Below are positions 23,185-27,136 of a DNA stretch of 27,136 bases, one piece after another (the first letter of the stretch is position 1; every line of letters starts with the position of its first letter). Origin of the DNA: a virus (taxonomy: Duplodnaviria; Caudoviricetes). Under the pieces are notes generated by a model, which had not been told where the DNA came from, ran no database searches, and saw only the letters and a list, made by a program, of their open reading frames with translations. Both the position numbers and the translations under genes were made by a program. The DNA is taken from positions 1 to 27,136 of IMG/VR virus record IMGVR_UViG_3300042465_001447. One strand, given 5' to 3'.

Positions 23185-24387
23185 ATGGCAAACGCATATA
23201 CAGATACCTCGAGCGGTTCGTTCGGCGGTACAGTAGGCGGCGCTGGTCTCGTACAAAAGGCGTATGACCGCCTTCTCGAGTTCGCTCTCCGTTCAGAACC
23301 CCTAATTCGTTCTGTCGCAGATAAGCGCCCCGCACGTCAATCAATTCCAGGTTCAACAGTAGTTCTACAGAAGTACGTTGACCTAGATACAGTAACAGGA
23401 ACACTGACAGAGACAGTTGACCCAGATGCAGTAGCACTGACAACACCAACCTCTATCACAGTAACACTTAATGAGTACGGTAACGCAGTTCTAGTAACTC
23501 GCGCATTGGAACTCTTCTCACTTGCAGATGTAGACCCAGCAATTGCTAACATCATTGCATACAACCTAGCCGATTCTATCGACACAGTTGCAATGACAAC
23601 TCTACGCTCAGGTACAAACAACATCTTTGCAGGCAACGCAACAGCAGTTGGAAACGTAGACGCAGCAGATACACTAGACTCAGCAGACATCCGTCGCGCT
23701 GTAGCAAAGTTGCGTGCTAACAAGGCTAAGGGCCGTCGCGGAAATGCATACTGGGTTGGTATCCACCCAGAAGTTTCACACGACCTTCGTGCTGAGACAG
23801 GCGACCTAGGATGGCGCTACCCACAGTCACAGTCTGCTTCAGAAGCAAGCAAGATTTGGGCTGGAGAAATCGGTGAGTACGAAGGCGCGTTCTTCGTAGA
23901 GTCATCACGTTTATACAATGCTAAGACAGGTGCAGACCAGTCAACACTAGCAACAACAGCAGTAACAGTAGCAGGAACATCAGCAGGATTTACATTCGGC
24001 GTTGCTTCATCTGCAGTTATTGCAACACGTGCTGAAGTTGGTGACAAGATTGCAGGAACAGGTATTGCTTCAGGTGCAAAGATTACTGCTATCACTACAT
24101 CAGGTTCAACAACTACATTTACTGTAGACACAGCAAACACAGCAGCAGTAACAGTTTCAACAACTGTAACTGTAACTCCAGTAACACGTGTATTTAACAC
24201 AATCGCATGTGGTTCACAAGCAATGGCAGAAGCCGTAGCGGAAGAACCACACGTAGTTATTGGTAACGTAACTGATAAGTTGATGCGTTTCCGCCCAATG
24301 GGTTGGTACGGCGTACTTGGCTTCGCAGTCTACCGTGATGAGGCTCTATACCGAATCACATCTGGTTCATCAATCGCTGCTCTCTAG
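23185..24387 (+). CDS. major capsid protein (HK97 fold, N4-gp56-like)
   Basis: PGSTVVLQKY, TLTE, TLNEYGNA, IHPEVSHDLR, GEIGEYEGAFFVES and DKLMRFRPMGWYG; strong codon bias; AAGGAG RBS. Confidence 0.95.
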   Translation: MANAYTDTSSGSFGGTVGGAGLVQKAYDRLLEFALRSEPLIRSVADKRPARQSIPGSTVVLQKYVDLDTVTGTLTETVDPDAVALTTPTSITVTLNEYGNAVLVTRALELFSLADVDPAIANIIAYNLADSIDTVAMTTLRSGTNNIFAGNATAVGNVDAADTLDSADIRRAVAKLRANKAKGRRGNAYWVGIHPEVSHDLRAETGDLGWRYPQSQSASEASKIWAGEIGEYEGAFFVESSRLYNAKTGADQSTLATTAVTVAGTSAGFTFGVASSAVIATRAEVGDKIAGTGIASGAKITAITTSGSTTTFTVDTANTAAVTVSTTVTVTPVTRVFNTIACGSQAMAEAVAEEPHVVIGNVTDKLMRFRPMGWYGVLGFAVYRDEALYRITSGSSIAAL

Positions 24388-24398
24388 TAGTTAATTGA

Positions 24399-24428
24399 CT
24401 GTAGGGCTGGGGCAACCCAGCCTTATGG
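24399..24428 (+). terminator. GNRA-capped stem-loop after the capsid gene (partial terminator or stabiliser)
   Basis: CTGTAGGGCTGGG-GCAA-CCCAGCCTTATGG, 13 bp with G-U pairs; no U tract. Confidence 0.6.
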
Positions 24429-24450
24429 TGAGTCCACTAAAGGAGGATAA

Positions 24451-24723
24451 ATGTCTAACTGGTTATTTAAAACACCAACAGTTGAAGAAGGTCCTGCTGG
24501 CATGCACAGACTGTTTGAGTTTTATAAGTTGGACCGTGGTATATCTATTGTATTAAATACTAATGGACAGTACCAGCAAATTCGTTATCCACTTGATTCT
24601 GATTTACCAGACTATCCAGTTGTTTATCGTGGTGGATATAACTACACAGTAGACGATACTACTAAGGCAGCACTTATTGCTGGCAATGTAGGAATAACGG
24701 AAGCAAACTTTACGGAAGTATGA
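24451..24723 (+). CDS. hypothetical protein, probably head-associated
   Basis: AAGGAGG RBS; follows the capsid gene. Confidence 0.8.
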   Translation: MSNWLFKTPTVEEGPAGMHRLFEFYKLDRGISIVLNTNGQYQQIRYPLDSDLPDYPVVYRGGYNYTVDDTTKAALIAGNVGITEANFTEV

Positions 24724-25040
24724 GCCTACATCAAATACAGACACATCCTGAATATGTAGAAGGATGCTTTGGATGCAAGGTTATGACCCTTGAACTAGGT
24801 ACAGGTGATGCCGACTCTCGTCGTCAAAGGCCACAAAAAGCATTTAACGAAGAACTTAATGCTTACAAGGAAGCCAGAGCACAAGGCATACAACCTGGCG
24901 GTACATCAATGCAAAAGATTCGTGAAGCCGAAAAGGCTTCCGAAGTATTAGGCAAGCCATACAACTCAAACACAATGCCTGATGCAAACAAAGTAAACAA
25001 ATCAACCGCAGCAGTAATGAAAGAGATAGGACAAATATAA
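24720..25040 (+). CDS. hypothetical protein with H/H/CxxC motif
   Basis: HQIQTHPEYVEGCFGCK; ATGA-coupled. Confidence 0.8.
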   Translation: MSLHQIQTHPEYVEGCFGCKVMTLELGTGDADSRRQRPQKAFNEELNAYKEARAQGIQPGGTSMQKIREAEKASEVLGKPYNSNTMPDANKVNKSTAAVMKEIGQI

Positions 25041-25174
25041 TGCCAATGGTAGGAACAGAGAAGTTTGATTACACACCAGCAGGTAAGGCTAAGGCTAAGA
25101 AGGCTGCTAAGAAGATGGCCATGAAAAAGACTACAAAAAAGATGGCTATGAAAAAGATGGGCAAGAAGAAGTAA
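25040..25174 (+). CDS. Lys/Ala/Met-rich basic micro-protein (44 aa)
   Basis: MPMVGTEKFDYTPAGKAKAKKAAKKMAMKKTTKKMAMKKMGKKK; TAATG-coupled; below the ORF track cutoff. Confidence 0.8.
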   Translation: MPMVGTEKFDYTPAGKAKAKKAAKKMAMKKTTKKMAMKKMGKKK

Positions 25175-25447
25175 ATGGCAAACCCTGTTAAAGGAGTTAT
25201 TAAGCGAGTCAAAACGGTAGCCCGTGAAGTCCGTGATATTCCTACAGCATTGGGTACTGGTATTGCTGCTTCGCAGGATTATAAGCAGCGCGGTCCTGGA
25301 AATGCTGCTACCGCAAAAGCAAATGCTAACGCTTCAGATAAAAACTGGGATAAGCAGTTAGCAGAAGTTGCTAAAGCAATTGTTAAAGGAAAATCTGGAA
25401 CACGCTCAGACAAGTTTGATTCAAAAGGTAAGTATACAAGAGGATAA
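25175..25447 (+). CDS. basic hypothetical protein (90 aa)
   Basis: ORF track; abuts the previous stop codon. Confidence 0.75.
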   Translation: MANPVKGVIKRVKTVAREVRDIPTALGTGIAASQDYKQRGPGNAATAKANANASDKNWDKQLAEVAKAIVKGKSGTRSDKFDSKGKYTRG

Positions 25448-25449
25448 AT

Positions 25450-25614
25450 ATGAAGACTAAAAAGCATCCTGGATTTAAAGCAGTCCAAAAAAAGATTGCT
25501 AAGAAGTCTAATGTATCTATGGAAGCAGCGGGTGCAATTCTTGCATCATCTAGTCGTAAGACTAGCGCTGCTGCTAAGAAAAAGAATCCACGTTTAAAGA
25601 AGGTTAAAGGATAA
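25450..25614 (+). CDS. basic micro-protein (54 aa)
   Basis: MKTKKHPGFKAVQKKIAKKSNVSMEAAGAILASSSRKTSAAAKKKNPRLKKVKG; GAGGA RBS. Confidence 0.8.
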   Translation: MKTKKHPGFKAVQKKIAKKSNVSMEAAGAILASSSRKTSAAAKKKNPRLKKVKG

Positions 25615-25871
25615 TGTCAGACCCTAGACTAAAGCGAGCAGGAGTGTCAGGCTTTAACAAGCCTAAGCGCACACCAAATCATCCAACAAAATCACACGTA
25701 GTTGTGGCTAAAGAAGGCGATAAGGTTAAAACTATTCGCTTTGGTCAGCAGGGTGTTACTGGCGATAGAACGCCAACACCACGCCAGAAGTCTTTTAAAG
25801 CACGTCATGCTAAGAACATTGCCAAAGGCAAGATGTCAGCAGCCTATTGGGCGGACAAAGTCAAATGGTAA
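25614..25871 (+). CDS. basic protein, DUF5754-like
   Basis: KTIRFGQQG...RQKSFKARH...SAAYWADKVKW resembles the FG..G/RH/W viral motif family. Confidence 0.7.
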   Translation: MSDPRLKRAGVSGFNKPKRTPNHPTKSHVVVAKEGDKVKTIRFGQQGVTGDRTPTPRQKSFKARHAKNIAKGKMSAAYWADKVKW

Positions 25872-26050
25872 AGAAGAAGGCTAAGTCTAAAGTCAATGCG
25901 GCTGGTAACTATACTAAGCCAGCAATGCGTGCTGCTTTGTTTAAGAAAATTAAAGCAGGCTCTAAGGGTGGAGACCCTGGTGAATGGTCTGCTCGTAAAG
26001 CCCAGTTGCTTGCAGTTGAGTATAAAAAAGCAGGAGGCGGTTACAAATAA
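25865..26050 (+). CDS. basic protein, DUF5872-like N-terminal module
   Basis: YTKPAMR...GGDPGEWSARKAQLLAVEYKKAGGGY; start revised to 25865. Confidence 0.75.
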   Translation: MVKKKAKSKVNAAGNYTKPAMRAALFKKIKAGSKGGDPGEWSARKAQLLAVEYKKAGGGYK

Positions 26051-26286
26051 TGGCACTTGCTAAATCACAGAAGTCTTTAAAGAAGTGGACCAAGGAAAAA
26101 TGGACAACCTCTGATGGTAAACCTTCTAAGGGCAAGAAAAGATATTTACCCAAAAAAGCATGGTCTGCGTTAAGCGCATCTGAAAAAGCAGCCACTAATA
26201 AGGCTAAGGCTGCTGGCAATGCAAAGGGTAAGCAGTTTGTAAAACAACCAAAGTCAATAGCAAAGAAGGCTGCGAGGTTTAGATAA
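26050..26286 (+). CDS. basic protein, DUF5872-like C-terminal module
   Basis: SQKSLKKWTKEKWTT...RYLPKKAW..LS..EK.ATN..K...GKQFV. Confidence 0.75.
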   Translation: MALAKSQKSLKKWTKEKWTTSDGKPSKGKKRYLPKKAWSALSASEKAATNKAKAAGNAKGKQFVKQPKSIAKKAARFR

Positions 26287-26561
26287 TGGCAACAGGAGAA
26301 GCAGGTAGCACATTTGCTGACGAATTGAATCGTCTTGCAAACGGTGGAACATACCCAGCACTAACGGCATATAAGTCTGAGCAAGGTGCAGCCAATGCTT
26401 ACGCATCAACTAGTGGTTTAGGTATTATAGCAGCACTAAACATTAAAGCCAGTGCAAACCGTCAGCCTAACGATTACAAGATGCTAAACGCTATCTGTAA
26501 TGAATTAGCAGGAACTACTGGACTATCAGCCGTTGTTGCATTAAGGAGCATAGACCTATGA
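26286..26561 (+). CDS. hypothetical virion protein
   Basis: TAATG and ATGA coupled; internal repeat (ELNRLANG, YASTSGL, CNELAGTTGL). Confidence 0.75.
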   Translation: MATGEAGSTFADELNRLANGGTYPALTAYKSEQGAANAYASTSGLGIIAALNIKASANRQPNDYKMLNAICNELAGTTGLSAVVALRSIDL

Positions 26562-27136
26562 CAACTCTAGCACAGATGATTGATGAAGTCCTTATTAACC
26601 TTTCAGGTTATACATACCAACAGGACCGTTCAACAAACTTAAAGACTGCAGTTACAACACTTACATCTCCAAGTACAGCCCCTACAATCCTATCTCTAGG
26701 AGATACGAGCAACGTAGGTAAAGGCATACTTGAGGTTGATGAAGAGTTAATGTGGGTTGATTCATTTGACCGCGTTGGTAACACAGCGACTGTATCACCT
26801 TACGGCCGTGGGTATCTAGGCACAGGTGCTGCTACACACGCAGCCGATGCGAAGGTTACTATCTCACCTATCTTCCCACGCTATGTAATTAAGAAGGCAA
26901 TCAACGATACTATCCGTGCAATGGGTGCTAGCCTACTTGCCGTTAAGCAAACAACATTTACTTTCAATGCAGCAATTAATACTTACGAATTTGAAGACTT
27001 AGGTATTGAAAATATTCTTACTATGTCATGGCAGGATACAGGTCCTTCTAAAGAATGGATTCGTATTCGTCGATGGGACTTTGACCCATTCGCAGATGTT
27101 ACTAATTGGGGTGCAAACTCACAAACTGTAACCATC
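26558..27136 (+). CDS. putative head-tail adaptor / tail tubular protein, partial
   Basis: Manual translation MTTLAQMIDEVLINLSG...FPRYVIKKAINDTIRAM...TYEF, open to the window end; AAGGAG RBS; adaptor-like first and second helices. Confidence 0.65.
   Translation, partial: MTTLAQMIDEVLINLSGYTYQQDRSTNLKTAVTTLTSPSTAPTILSLGDTSNVGKGILEVDEELMWVDSFDRVGNTATVSPYGRGYLGTGAATHAADAKVTISPIFPRYVIKKAINDTIRAMGASLLAVKQTTFTFNAAINTYEFEDLGIENILTMSWQDTGPSKEWIRIRRWDFDPFADVTNWGANSQTVTI

Noticed and set aside
8815-26219. Minus-strand and out-of-frame ORFs across the late arm
   Set aside because: Shadow frames arising from the codon bias of the structural genes.

Overview
A section of a tailed dsDNA phage genome with two divergent arms and a podovirus-like virion module. 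The host is probably a low-GC actinobacterium, inferred from the DUF4192-like protein, the actinobacterial-type transglycosylase and the mycobacteriophage-like exonuclease/helicase/split-primase order. The left arm (1-8024, minus strand) holds early and replication genes: split primase, Holliday junction resolvase, DnaB-like helicase, Cas4-like exonuclease, DUF932 protein, secreted transglycosylase, an SSB-like protein and many coupled micro-ORFs. The right arm (8807-end, plus strand) holds terminase with a fused TerS-like HTH, portal, an HslV/proteasome-beta-like Ntn protease, four probable internal virion proteins, scaffold, major capsid protein, a run of very basic small proteins and a tail adaptor. 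The most striking unexplained signal is non-coding. About 460 nt between the arms (8044-8502) fold almost continuously into nested multi-way junctions, and three H-type pseudoknots sit in leaders upstream of the exonuclease and scaffold genes. All family calls come from motif recognition by eye and all folds from manual pairing; no searches or folding programs were run.
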